A stretch of DNA of 64,000 nt from an uncultured Ruficoccus sp. (GCA_965140785.1 OZ223489.1:50373-114372), one strand, 5' to 3'. Counted from the first letter of the stretch, positions 1 through 9,591 are shown. The notes: generated by a model from the sequence alone, not told the origin. Numbers and translations are program-made.

Positions 1-40
1 TCGTTTGGAGACAGGCCCTTGGAAACAGGCCCTGACGGCC

Positions 41-889
41 TTACGGCATTTTCGCCAGGAAGAACCGCTCGCGCTTGCTCAGGTCGGGCACGCTCTCGGT
101 CTCGACGAAACCAGCCTCGCGGGCCAGCTCCGCCAACGCCGCGTGCTGGGCGATCCCCGTCTCCAGCGCCAGCCAGCCGCCGGGCGCAAGGTGGGCGGGA
201 GCGGCGGCGAGAATCTTTTTTAAATCATCGAGCCCGTCCATACCGGCGGTCAGGGCGCTCTTCGGTTCCCATTGCCGTACCTCGGGCTCGGCCTGCTCCC
301 ATTCGTCCTCGGTCAGGTAGGGGGGGTTGGACACGATCAGGTCAAAGGTTTCCCCCGCCAACGCAACGAACCAGTCCGACTCGGCGAAGCGCACCCGCTC
401 GGCCAGCCCGGCGCTCTGGGCGTTCTCGCGGGCCAGGGCGAGGGCGTCTGCAGAGGCGTCCACCGCCGTGACCGCCGCCTGCGGGAAGGCCGCTGCCAGC
501 GCCAGCGCGAGGGCCCCGGTTCCGGTGCCCAGGTCGCAAACACGGGCGGGCGGCTGGGCCCCAAAACGCTCCACCAGCAGTTCGACCAGTTCCTCGGTTT
601 CCGGGCGCGGGATGAGGGCGCGGGCATCGGCCTTGAGCACGAGGCCGTGGAAGTGCGCCTCCCCCAGCAGGTACTGCAAGGGCTCGCGCTTTCCGCGACG
701 CGCCACCAGCGGGCGCATGGCGGTCAGCTCGTCCTCCCCCAGCAGGCGGTCGAACTGCAAATACAGGTCCAGGCGCTTGCAGCCCAACACGTGGGCGATA
801 ATCAGCTCGGCGTCGAGCCGCGCCTGGGGCACACCTTTTTGCTGGAAAAATGCCGTGGTTTTCTGGAGAATATCGAGCAGCGATTGCAT
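41..889 (-). CDS. prmC: Release factor glutamine N5-methyltransferase
   Basis: [21 protein letters not shown] motif and NPPY motif. Confidence 0.95.
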   Translation of the reverse strand: MQSLLDILQKTTAFFQQKGVPQARLDAELIIAHVLGCKRLDLYLQFDRLLGEDELTAMRPLVARRGKREPLQYLLGEAHFHGLVLKADARALIPRPETEELVELLVERFGAQPPARVCDLGTGTGALALALAAAFPQAAVTAVDASADALALARENAQSAGLAERVRFAESDWFVALAGETFDLIVSNPPYLTEDEWEQAEPEVRQWEPKSALTAGMDGLDDLKKILAAAPAHLAPGGWLALETGIAQHAALAELAREAGFVETESVPDLSKRERFFLAKMP

Positions 890-991
890 GAACGCCTTCT
901 AACTTGAAAGGATTGCTGCCACCTGACGACATAGAATCTGCACCAATTTCACTCCCTTTCCTTTTCCTTCGTCGCCCAGCCCCCCGCCACG

Positions 992-1264
992 ATGTTCAAG
1001 TTTTTCCTCAAACACGCCCTGAGCTGCCGAGATGCCACCCGGCTGATCTCCGAGGCGCGCGAACGCCCCCTGAGCTTCGGCGAAAAGCTCAAACTGAAGA
1101 TCCTCTGCCGGTACTGCTGCTACACCGATCGCTATCGCCAGCAGATCGAGGCCGTCTGTACCCAGGTACACGAGCAACCCGAATGCTGCGAGGAAGCCCT
1201 GCCCGAGGCCTGCCTGTGCGAGGAATCCCGCGCCCGCATCAAGGCCAAGCTGCGCGAAGAGTAA
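992..1264 (+). CDS. Small Cys-rich zf-HC2-like anti-sigma factor
   Basis: LSCRDATRLISEARERPLSFGEKLKL N-terminus typical of zf-HC2 anti-sigmas; many Cys. Confidence 0.75.
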   Translation: MFKFFLKHALSCRDATRLISEARERPLSFGEKLKLKILCRYCCYTDRYRQQIEAVCTQVHEQPECCEEALPEACLCEESRARIKAKLREE

Positions 1265-1429
1265 GACGAACCGCGCCGGAAAAAGCATTCCTTCCCCGAA
1301 AAGCATTTAACAGGAAGCGACCTCGCAGGGGCATTAATTAATGTGTTCCCACTCAGCAATTCACCTAATAGACGTGTAAAACATTTCCCGCCACCCCGAT
1401 ACGGTGCGAATTATGCGGCACTTCGGGGC

Positions 1430-2500
1430 ATGACACAGACGCTGGAAACCGGATATGGGAAACTGACGGGCATCACGAGTGCCATGACCTTTAAAGACGG
1501 CTCCCTGAAGTCGTGCATGCTCAACGCCGAGAACCGGGTGCACACGCCGGTCGGGGAAATCGTCCCGCAGTATCGAATGGCCGAGCTGGGCGAGCGGCAG
1601 AGAAAGCACCGCGCCTCGCTGAGCTTTCACGCCAACGGTCGGCTCAAGAGCGCGTCCCTGGACCGGGCGACCTCGCTCCAGACGCCCATCGGCCCGTTCA
1701 AGGCGGAGTTCGTCACCTTCCACGAGGACGGTTCGCTCAACCGCCTCTTTCCGCTCAACGGCCAGATCGACGGCTTCTGGACCGAGCAGATGGAGCGGGA
1801 ACTGGCCGAGGTGCTGGACTTCGACCTGCCAGTGGGGAAGTTCAGCGCGAAAGTCATCAGCCTGCACTTTTACCCGGACGGCGCCCTCAAGTCGCTCACC
1901 CTCTGGCCCGGCGAACGCCTCACGATCGAAACACCCGTCGGGGCCATGCGCATCCGCACCGGTTTCTCCCTCTATGAAAACGGCTCGATCCGCTCGGTCG
2001 AGCCCGCCGGCCCGGTCGAGCTGGCCACCCCCATCGGCCTGGTCAAAGCCTTCGACCCGGAAATGATCGGCATGAACGCCGACCAGAACTCCGTGCAATT
2101 CGATCCCGACGGCCTGCTGACCTCGGTCAAGACGATCCACACCGGTCTGTGCGTGACCGCGCCGGGTCAGCCCGAAACCGTCATCGAGCCGCTCGAAACC
2201 GAGAGCCTGATCGAGATGGCCGCCATGCGCACGGTGCCGATGCAGATTGATTTTACGGCTGGTACGGTGCAGGTCGTCGCCGCGCGCGAGCACAGCTTCG
2301 ATCTCCCGACCGTCACGCTGGCGACCTTCGAGCGCGAGCGGGTCATCCGCGAATCCTGCGGCTCCTGCAACGGCTGCGAGGGCGACGCCAGCGACAAAGG
2401 CGACGACAGTTCCTCCTGCTGCGGCGGTGGTTCCTGCGGAGGAACCGACGAGCGCTGCGCCGACTGCAAGGACGACGAGACCTGTTGCCGGAATCAATAG
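1430..2500 (+). CDS. Hypothetical protein with MORN-variant-like repeats and a Cys-rich tail
   Basis: Repeats FHANGRLKS / FHEDGSLNR / FYPDGALKS / LYENGSIRS / FDPDGLLTS; Cys-rich C-terminus; ATG at 1430 chosen as start. Confidence 0.75.
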   Translation: MTQTLETGYGKLTGITSAMTFKDGSLKSCMLNAENRVHTPVGEIVPQYRMAELGERQRKHRASLSFHANGRLKSASLDRATSLQTPIGPFKAEFVTFHEDGSLNRLFPLNGQIDGFWTEQMERELAEVLDFDLPVGKFSAKVISLHFYPDGALKSLTLWPGERLTIETPVGAMRIRTGFSLYENGSIRSVEPAGPVELATPIGLVKAFDPEMIGMNADQNSVQFDPDGLLTSVKTIHTGLCVTAPGQPETVIEPLETESLIEMAAMRTVPMQIDFTAGTVQVVAAREHSFDLPTVTLATFERERVIRESCGSCNGCEGDASDKGDDSSSCCGGGSCGGTDERCADCKDDETCCRNQ

Positions 2501-2545
2501 GCCCTATGGCATTTCCCCAAGAAATGCCATTCTGGTGCGCAGCAA

Positions 2546-3148
2546 CTAAGGTGAAGGACGGCGTCCTTCCAGAAAATTTTTCTCCAAACACTGGCGCAGG
2601 GCCATGCGGGCGCGGTGGAGGATGGTCCACAAGTTCTGCGGGGTGATGTCCATCTGTTCGCAGATCTCGGGGCTGGGCATGCCGTCGATCTCACGCAGGA
2701 TGAAAACCTGGCGAATCTTGTCCGGGAGCTTGGCCGCGCAGGCGTGAAAGTGCTGCATGAACTCGGCCCGGTCGAGCTTCTGCACGGCCTCGGGCGTCCA
2801 ATCTCCCGGCACGGCCTCGTTGGTGTAGTTCCACGCGCCGTCCTCGCTGAAGAGTTCGCTCTCCTCCTTTTCGAAGAAGCCGGCCAGCTCGCTCATCGAC
2901 TGGGTGCGGTTCTTTTTGCGGTAGTAGTCGATGATCTTGTTCTTGAGAATGCCGGTCAGCCAGGTCTTGACCGAGGAACGCCCGGAGAAGTTCTCCTTCG
3001 CCTTCATCGCGGCCAGAAAGGTGTCCTGCACCAGGTCCTCGGCCAGCGTCGGGTTGTTGACGCGGAAATAGGCGAAGCGGTACAGGGCGTCCCCATACTC
3101 GTCCACCCAGTCAGCCGGGTCGGGCGCCGTGGTATTATCCGCTGGCAT
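2546..3148 (-). CDS. ECF sigma-70 factor (TIGR02943-like)
   Basis: AEDLVQDTFLAA, SSVKTWLTGILKNKIID and region 4 LHRARMALRQCLE. Confidence 0.9.
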   Translation of the reverse strand: MPADNTTAPDPADWVDEYGDALYRFAYFRVNNPTLAEDLVQDTFLAAMKAKENFSGRSSVKTWLTGILKNKIIDYYRKKNRTQSMSELAGFFEKEESELFSEDGAWNYTNEAVPGDWTPEAVQKLDRAEFMQHFHACAAKLPDKIRQVFILREIDGMPSPEICEQMDITPQNLWTILHRARMALRQCLEKNFLEGRRPSP

Positions 3149-3240
3149 GGAATCCGCTTCGTGTAACAGGTTCAGTGATAATTTCCGCGCGGGGAAAGTT
3201 AGGATTAACCTCTCCGCATTCTCCTGCTATTCAACCTGTC

Positions 3241-4101
3241 ATGAAGGAATACTACGAGCAAAATCAACTCCCTCATCCCCATCTGCCAGCCTGCCCGATC
3301 GACCGCAAGCTGGCCGGGCAGAAAGCGCTTGTGACCGGGGCCAACTCCGGCATCGGCGAAGCCGTCGCCATCGCCCTGGCCAAGGCCGGGGCCGATGTGT
3401 GCATCAACTACGTCACCCGTCCCGAAGTGGCCCAGCAGGTCGCCGACAAGGCCGCCGAGTGCGGCTCGAAGGCCATCATCGCGCAGGCCGACGTCAGCCA
3501 GGAGGACCAGGTGCAGGCCATGTTTAAAAAGTGCTTCGACGAGTTCGGCACGCTCGACATCGTCGTGCCCAACGCCGGGGTCCAGATCGACCACCCGATC
3601 GAGGAGATGAGCGTCGAACACTGGGACAAGCTCATGGGCATCAACCTGCGCGGTCAGTTCCTGTGTTGCCGCGAGGCGATCAAGGAGTTCAAGCGCCGCG
3701 GCGTCGTCCCCGATGTTTCCTGCGCCGCCGGCAAGATCATCTGCATGAGCAGCGTGCACGACATCATCCCCTGGGCCGGGCACGTCAACTACGCCTCGTC
3801 CAAGGGCGGCATTTCCATGATGATGAAAAGCATCGCCCAGGAGGTTGCCCCCTTCCGCATCCGCTGTAACGCCATCTGCCCCGGCGCCATCCGCACGCCC
3901 ATCAACCATGAAGCTTGGTCGAACCGCGAGGCCTACGACTCGCTGATGAAGCTCGTCCCCTACAAGCGCATCGGCGAACCCGAGGACATCGGCCGCGCCG
4001 CTGTCTGGCTGGCCAGCGACGAGAGCGACTACGTCACCGGCACCAACCTCTACGTGGACGGCGGCATGACCCTCTACCCCGGCTTCGAAACCGGCGGTTG
4101 A
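3241..4101 (+). CDS. SDR oxidoreductase (glucose 1-dehydrogenase-like)
   Basis: TGANSGIG, NAG, YASSKGG, PGAIRTPIN motifs. Confidence 0.9.
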   Translation: MKEYYEQNQLPHPHLPACPIDRKLAGQKALVTGANSGIGEAVAIALAKAGADVCINYVTRPEVAQQVADKAAECGSKAIIAQADVSQEDQVQAMFKKCFDEFGTLDIVVPNAGVQIDHPIEEMSVEHWDKLMGINLRGQFLCCREAIKEFKRRGVVPDVSCAAGKIICMSSVHDIIPWAGHVNYASSKGGISMMMKSIAQEVAPFRIRCNAICPGAIRTPINHEAWSNREAYDSLMKLVPYKRIGEPEDIGRAAVWLASDESDYVTGTNLYVDGGMTLYPGFETGG

Positions 4102-4126
4102 GCTACGACTCGATGCTTTTAATAGC

Positions 4127-4159
4127 AAAAAAACGGCGGTTTATCACCGCCGTTTTTTT
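4127..4159. terminator. Bidirectional intrinsic terminator
   Basis: A7-CGGCGGT-ttatc-ACCGCCG-T7 between convergent genes. Confidence 0.85.
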
Positions 4160-4247
4160 AGGCCCATGCGCCGGAAAAGGCTCTGGGCAAATACTAATTT
4201 TGTTCACGTCCGCCTACCATGAACGGTTAAAGCATCGGAAACAGACC

Positions 4248-4829
4248 TTAGCTTCGGCGGCGGCGACGCAGCACCACCAATGAGGCCAAGCCCGCCAAAG
4301 CCAGCGTCACGGCAAAATGTCCGGGCTCAGGAATGACGCTCCACTGTCCCAGGATTTTCCCGCTGCCTGAACCTCCGTTTCCAACTGTGATATCACCCGT
4401 GCTGCCAAAGGCGATCTCGACTCCGGACATATCCAGAGAGGATGCACCGATAAAAGCGACCTGATCCGTAGTATAGTTAATATCAGAAAAAGTTTCAGGC
4501 GCACCCGTAGTGTTTTTCAAGTACAAGTTAGTATTAGTAGAAGAATTCTCAGCCGTACTAAAATCGGCGTCTATCCCAATAGGAGCCAATCCGGGGCTCA
4601 ACTCAAATGTATTAAATATACCTTCCTCTTGAAAGAAATCTTGAAGAGTTATGCCTATTGCAAGGATGCTATCGCTATCATTAACAGCAGAGTAATTATC
4701 TGTCGCCGTGATTTTCACATCAGCCATATTGCTGATATCAATGATGAGCAGCACGTCGGCTCGAGCCGACAGCGTAGACACGGTAAACCCGATTAATAGA
4801 CAGATCCAAACATTGAGCACACATTTCAT
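4248..4829 (-). CDS. PEP-CTERM surface protein
   Basis: Signal peptide; IPEP + TM helix + RRRRR C-terminus; visibly AT-richer than flanks. Confidence 0.85.
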   Translation of the reverse strand: MKCVLNVWICLLIGFTVSTLSARADVLLIIDISNMADVKITATDNYSAVNDSDSILAIGITLQDFFQEEGIFNTFELSPGLAPIGIDADFSTAENSSTNTNLYLKNTTGAPETFSDINYTTDQVAFIGASSLDMSGVEIAFGSTGDITVGNGGSGSGKILGQWSVIPEPGHFAVTLALAGLASLVVLRRRRRS

Positions 4830-4944
4830 ATATATCTCACTCCAAGAGAATCGTTTAGCGAGATCAAGACTCTTTCTGCACAAATCAAAGTATTCGCTCT
4901 TAAAACTGCTTGCACGCTCACTTCATGCACCATTTTCATGACGT

Positions 4945-5742
4945 ATGCGAAATGAACTGCCCGTCGCCCTCACCATCGCCACCTCCGACAGCGGAGCCGG
5001 GGCCGGCGTGCAGGCCGACCTGCTGACTTTTGCCGCCCGCGGCGTGTACGGCGTGACGGCTTTCGCCGCCCTCACCGCGCAGAACCCCGACGGCGTCAGC
5101 GCCATCGAAGAGCTCCCGCCGGAGTTCCTCCAGGCTCAGCTCGACCAGCTCGCCGCCTACTTCCCCATCCGCGCACTCAAGACCGGGATGCTCTTCTCCG
5201 CGCCCCTGATCGAGATGACCGCCCGGTTCATCGAGCGCGAAAGCATTCCCGCCGTAGTCGATCCGGTCATGGTCTCCACCTCCGGCGCGGTCCTGCTCCA
5301 GCCCGCAGCCATCGCCACGCTGGAAAAGAAGCTGCTCCCGCGCGCCGTCCTTATCACCCCCAACCTCGACGAGGCCGCTGTCCTGCTCGGGCGCGAAGTA
5401 AAGAGCGAAACCGATCTCGCCGCCACCGCCGCCGAACTGAGCGAGCGCTACGGCACCGCCGTCCTGCTCAAGGGCGGCCACCTGCCCGGCGGCACGCTCA
5501 TCGACACCCTCTCCCGGCCCGGCGAGGCACCGCTCCAGCTCACATCCGAACGTATTGAAAATATCAATACACACGGCAGCGGCTGCACCCTCTCCGCCGC
5601 CATCGCCGCCGAGCTGGCCAAAGGACTTTCCCTGCCCGATGCCGTCCGCGCCGCCCACGCTTATCTGCAGGCAGCGATGAAGCAGCCGGTCCTCGTTCGC
5701 GGGGAGCGCTTCATCGGACACGGGGTGGGATTAAATTCATGA
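4945..5742 (+). CDS. thiD: HMP/HMP-P kinase
   Basis: LTIATSDSGAGAGVQADL, DPVMVSTSG, THGSGCTLSAAI. Confidence 0.92.
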   Translation: MRNELPVALTIATSDSGAGAGVQADLLTFAARGVYGVTAFAALTAQNPDGVSAIEELPPEFLQAQLDQLAAYFPIRALKTGMLFSAPLIEMTARFIERESIPAVVDPVMVSTSGAVLLQPAAIATLEKKLLPRAVLITPNLDEAAVLLGREVKSETDLAATAAELSERYGTAVLLKGGHLPGGTLIDTLSRPGEAPLQLTSERIENINTHGSGCTLSAAIAAELAKGLSLPDAVRAAHAYLQAAMKQPVLVRGERFIGHGVGLNS

Positions 5743-7440
5743 ATGGATAGAGCCATGCCCGCCCCGCTGACCGATGGACCCGCCGCCCGTTCGCAAGGAC
5801 ATGCGCCGTTGGTATGGCTGGCCGCGCCGCTGGTCTGGGGTTACGTGCTGGCACGGGAGCTGGGCACGGATATTTCGCCGGGCTGGCTGGTTGCGTTTGG
5901 GATGGCCGTGGCCCTGACCGCACTGCTGCTGACGCTGCGCGAGCAGTGGTTCGTGCGACCGGCATGGGGCTTTCTCCTGGTGCTGGCGGGAACGTTTCTG
6001 TGCTGGGCGTATTATCTGGTGCGCGAGCCGCCGCCGGTCCCGGCGGGGGAGTTTCTCCCGCGCGAGGCCGAGGTGGTGCTGGAGGTCGAACGGCTCTTCC
6101 AGACCGACCCGGCCTTTCCCCGGCTGAGCGGACAGGCGATAGTCGTGGAAGCCCCGGCCCGGCAGCCGGAGCTGCGCGGCCAGCCGCTGGCCTTCTCGTT
6201 GTGGGCAGAGAATATCGCCCGCGCCCAGGCGCTGCCGGGCGCGCACATCCGCGCGCGCGGAAAAGTCACTCGGCTCGATCCGGCGGCGGAGCTGAGCGAC
6301 TTCGAGCGCTACCTGAGCGACAGCGGCACGGCCTTCTGGCTCGGACAAGGAAACGTTCTCGCGGTGGATCGGCCCGCCGGGGCCTTTCGTCAATGGTGCC
6401 ACCGGATCAACCGACGCATTGCCGACACCCTCAAGCGCGGGGCCGACACCCCCGGGACACAGGCGCTGGCCGGGGTCGCCACCGCGATGTTTCTCGGGGA
6501 TAAAAGCGCCCTGCAGCGGCAGCAGAAGGAAACCTTTATCGCCAGCGGGACGATGCACCTGTTCGCCGTCAGCGGGCTGCACGTGGGAATCATCGCCGGG
6601 GCGCTCGCGCTGATGCTGCGGGTGTTACGCGTGCCCGGCCCGGCGGCGGCGGGGCTCGGGCTGGCGCTCCTGTTGCTCTACGTGCAGATCATCGGCGTGC
6701 CGCCCTCGGCGCTGCGGGCGTTTCTGATGGTGGCTTTTTACTGGGGGGCGCAGGTCGTCCGGCGCAAGCCCGCTCCCTTCTCCGCGCTGCTGGCCTCGGC
6801 GGTAGCCGTGCTCCTGATCGACCCGCGACAGCTGTTCGGAGCGGGCTTCCAGCTCTCGTATCTGGTGGTGGCCGCGCTGCTGCTGTACGCCGCGCCTCTG
6901 ACCGAGTGGGCCAACGCCTGGCTCGACCCGTACCGGCTGATCCCGGAGGGCAGCCTGAGTCGCACGCAACGCCTGCTGCGCAAAAGCCTCCACGTGCTCA
7001 ACGGCTCGCTGGCGGTCTCGGTGGCGGCGTTCATTTTCGCCACGCCACTGACGATCGAGTATTTTCACATTTTCGCTCCCGGCGCCATTCTCCTGAACCT
7101 GATCCTGATCCCGCTGGCGACGGCGGTCATCGTCGTGGCGCTGGTGGCGGCCGTGCTCGGGCTGGCCGGAGTCGGCCTGCTCAGCGGCTGGCTCAATCCC
7201 CTGGCCTGGGCGGCAGTCTGGGAAATGTGGGTCGTGGTCAGCGCCGCCGTGCGCCTGCCCGGCGGTTTCTGGCAGGCGGAGTTTGCGGCTTCGTGGCTGC
7301 CGCCACTGGCCGCGCTGTTCCTGCTGGGGAGCCTGCTCATCGTCGCCCGCTGGGCCCGCACGCGCCCGGTCGTCTTTTTGCTGCCGCCGGTAATTCTCGC
7401 CCCCGTGCTTGTCTTCGGGGCGAATTTCGCCAACCTTTGA
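5743..7440 (+). CDS. comEC: ComEC/Rec2 competence membrane protein
   Basis: GTMHLFAVSGLHVG, GFQLSY, many TM segments; start may be 5755. Confidence 0.88.
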   Translation: MDRAMPAPLTDGPAARSQGHAPLVWLAAPLVWGYVLARELGTDISPGWLVAFGMAVALTALLLTLREQWFVRPAWGFLLVLAGTFLCWAYYLVREPPPVPAGEFLPREAEVVLEVERLFQTDPAFPRLSGQAIVVEAPARQPELRGQPLAFSLWAENIARAQALPGAHIRARGKVTRLDPAAELSDFERYLSDSGTAFWLGQGNVLAVDRPAGAFRQWCHRINRRIADTLKRGADTPGTQALAGVATAMFLGDKSALQRQQKETFIASGTMHLFAVSGLHVGIIAGALALMLRVLRVPGPAAAGLGLALLLLYVQIIGVPPSALRAFLMVAFYWGAQVVRRKPAPFSALLASAVAVLLIDPRQLFGAGFQLSYLVVAALLLYAAPLTEWANAWLDPYRLIPEGSLSRTQRLLRKSLHVLNGSLAVSVAAFIFATPLTIEYFHIFAPGAILLNLILIPLATAVIVVALVAAVLGLAGVGLLSGWLNPLAWAAVWEMWVVVSAAVRLPGGFWQAEFAASWLPPLAALFLLGSLLIVARWARTRPVVFLLPPVILAPVLVFGANFANL

Positions 7441-7444
7441 CCCT

Positions 7445-7711
7445 ATGAAGAGCGCTTACGAACTTGCCATGGAACGGCTCGAAAAGCAGGAGCCGACCGC
7501 CAAGCTGACCGAGGAACAGAAGACCGAGCTTGGAAATATCGACATGAAGTACGACGCCAAGATCGCCGAGAAGGACGTCTTTCTCAAAGAGCAGATGGCC
7601 AAGGCCCAGCCCGAGGAACGCCAGGCGATCGAAAAACAACTCGTCAACGAGCGCGCCCGCCTAAATGAGGAGCGCGAAGCGGCCAAGCAGAAGATTCGCT
7701 CCGGCGAATAA
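7445..7711 (+). CDS. Small helical hypothetical protein
   Basis: MKSAYELAMERL start, host-like codon usage. Confidence 0.75.
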   Translation: MKSAYELAMERLEKQEPTAKLTEEQKTELGNIDMKYDAKIAEKDVFLKEQMAKAQPEERQAIEKQLVNERARLNEEREAAKQKIRSGE

Positions 7712-7730
7712 CGTCTTGCAACTGCCGGAC

Positions 7731-7767
7731 TAGCCGCCTGTCTGGCGGCGTAGAGGCGCGGCCCCTC
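7731..7767. repeat. REP-like double hairpin (modular repeat family)
   Basis: TAGCCGCC-tgtct-GGCGGC-GTAGAGGCGCGGCCCCTC, similar to copies at 8664, 15533, 54594, 63865. Confidence 0.7.
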
Positions 7768-7842
7768 AATCTCGAATGCCGCAAGCCCCGTGGGCAAAGC
7801 CACATAAATCCAGGTCCACCCGGACCCGTCACAGCCGGAGCG

Positions 7843-7871
7843 CAAAAAACGCCGCCCTTGGGAGGCGGCGT
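7843..7871 (-). terminator. Terminator of the rpmJ-rpmE operon
   Basis: ACGCCGCC stem-loop followed by a U-run on the minus strand. Confidence 0.7.
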
Positions 7872-7899
7872 CCGGAAAGAAAAAAGTGAGCCGTGAGGC

Positions 7900-8151
7900 T
7901 TACTTGCCGCGGCGGCGGCGGAACTTGTTCTGGAACTTTTCCACGCGGCCGGCGGTGTCCACGAAGCGCTTCTCACCGGTAAAGGCCGGGTGCGAGTGGC
8001 TCGTCACGTCGCAAACCATCACGCCGTACTCGACGCCATCGATGGTTTCCTTCTGGCTGGCACGAGCGGTGGAACGGGTCAGAAACTTGTTGCCCGTTTC
8101 GACGTCCACGAAGGCGACGGGCTGGTACTTGGGATGAATATCTTTTTTCAC
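7900..8151 (-). CDS. rpmE: 50S ribosomal protein L31 type B
   Basis: KKDIHPKY ... SHPAFTGEKRFVDTAGRVEKF. Confidence 0.95.
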   Translation of the reverse strand: MKKDIHPKYQPVAFVDVETGNKFLTRSTARASQKETIDGVEYGVMVCDVTSHSHPAFTGEKRFVDTAGRVEKFQNKFRRRRGK

Positions 8152-8167
8152 GGTTACGCCTGAAAGG

Positions 8168-8293
8168 TTAGCCCTGCCGCGCCTTGAAGCGGGGGTTGGT
8201 TTTGTTGATCACGTAAATGCGGCCACGACGGCGGACTACCTGGCAGTCCGGGTGCCGGTTCTTGAGCGACTTGATGGAGGATACGACTTTCAT
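8168..8293 (-). CDS. rpmJ: 50S ribosomal protein L36 (C-minus type), absent from ORF track
   Basis: Hand translation: [41 protein letters not shown]. Confidence 0.95.
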   Translation of the reverse strand: MKVVSSIKSLKNRHPDCQVVRRRGRIYVINKTNPRFKARQG

Positions 8294-8446
8294 GGGTCTG
8301 AAATTGATGGAAAGCGGACGAAAAAAGACCTCCGCGCCAGTAATGTCAAGCGACTATTTTCCCCGATTGCAGGTTACACCTGCCAGCATTCATGAGGCTC
8401 CGCCCCATCGCTCTCAGTTAATGGTAATTTGCCTACAGATTTCGTG

Positions 8447-8570
8447 CCCTACCTGTGCGGGACGAGTGAGATTTGTTTGAACTGGCGACAATCACCATGG
8501 CCCATGCCGCCGCGTTAGCGGCGGCATCAGTGATGCCTGAGCATCACAGGTGCAGGACTATGTCCTGCCG
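8447..8570. repeat. Structured dispersed element, copy 1 (copy 2 at 37205)
   Basis: 80-nt core 74/80 identical to 37205-37284; ends CCTACCTGTG ... CACAGGTGCAGG can pair. Confidence 0.85.
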
Positions 8571-8663
8571 CTCCCTGAAGGTAGCTGCCCCATGCGTCGT
8601 TTTCCGACTCTCGAACACGATCTACACGAGGATAGTCCCCCTGAAGCTAGTACAGCGGCGCCC

Positions 8664-8767
8664 GGGGTAGCGGCCTTTCTGGCCGCGTAGGGGCAGCGCC
8701 CCTCAGTGCCCGCAGGTGCAACCTGCCGTAGGGGCAAAGCCCCTTTATGTCCCGTGCGGTCACGCAC
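8664..8767. repeat. REP/BIME-like hairpin cluster (modular repeat family)
   Basis: GGGGTAGCGGCC-tttct-GGCCGC-GTAGGGGC..GCCCCT modules shared with 15533, 54594, 63865. Confidence 0.85.
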
Positions 8768-9494
8768 TCCAGATGCCGAGGGCTTCGAGCTGGGCGGTAG
8801 CCTGGGGGGCCCAGCCGCGGTTGGCGATGGGGCTGGCCGGACTGGGGTGCAGGACGGTACCGATCTTCGGGCCGCCGGAGCCAAGCGCCTCGCGGGCGCG
8901 CCCCTCGGCGAACTTACCCACGCCGATCACCCACTCGGGCTGGAGCGCGGCGACGACGGCGCGCAGGTGCTCGTCGCAGAGGGCCAGGAGCGGGGCCAGA
9001 TCGGTCGCGGAGAGCTTGTCGGGGGCGATGTTGCGGCAGCCTTTTGCGTCGGCCTGGAGAAAGAGTAGCGGGATGTAGTTGGCCACGAAGTGCTCGCGAA
9101 AAAAGTTCTCCGCCGAGCCGAATTTCTCCGCGAAAAGCCCCCAAAGCCGCCGCCCGCTGACCTCGGAGCGGGTGCAGGCGAAGCCGTCCACCGGGCGCTT
9201 GGGGTGCTCGACGGGGGGCTTGCCGACCGGGGCCTCGATGCCGACCCACTCGCGTACGGCGGCGATTTCGCCAAAAGGCACGCCGGTCTGGGCCATGCCG
9301 AAGGGGCCGGGATTCATGCCGAAAAAGAGCACACGCTTGCGGGTGGCGCCCCATTTTTTCAGGTACTGGGCGTGCGGCTCCCAGGCGTAATCCAGCGGCT
9401 GGTAAACATGCGTCACGGGCGGGCCGAAGCGCAGGTCCGCAAGTTTTTCGCGCAGGTGAAGGGCTGAGCTTTGCAGTTGTTCGGAGATCGACAT
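8760..9494 (-). CDS. SMUG1-type uracil-DNA glycosylase
   Basis: GMNPGPFGMAQTGVPFG, SEVSGRRLW, HPSPASP motifs. Confidence 0.92.
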   Translation of the reverse strand: MSISEQLQSSALHLREKLADLRFGPPVTHVYQPLDYAWEPHAQYLKKWGATRKRVLFFGMNPGPFGMAQTGVPFGEIAAVREWVGIEAPVGKPPVEHPKRPVDGFACTRSEVSGRRLWGLFAEKFGSAENFFREHFVANYIPLLFLQADAKGCRNIAPDKLSATDLAPLLALCDEHLRAVVAALQPEWVIGVGKFAEGRAREALGSGGPKIGTVLHPSPASPIANRGWAPQATAQLEALGIWSA

Positions 9495-9591
9495 GGGATT
9501 AGGGTGGCGGTGAAAATCTTTTTGGAACAAGCAGGCTCGAACGCGGCCTGAATTTATCAAACTCGTCTGGATTCATGCCGGAAACCCTCCC

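Noticed and set aside
8497..8526. MAHAAALAAA reading resembling a tmRNA tag or leader peptide
   Set aside because: No tmRNA ends; the frames diverge between the two copies; the Ala run is explained by the GC hairpin
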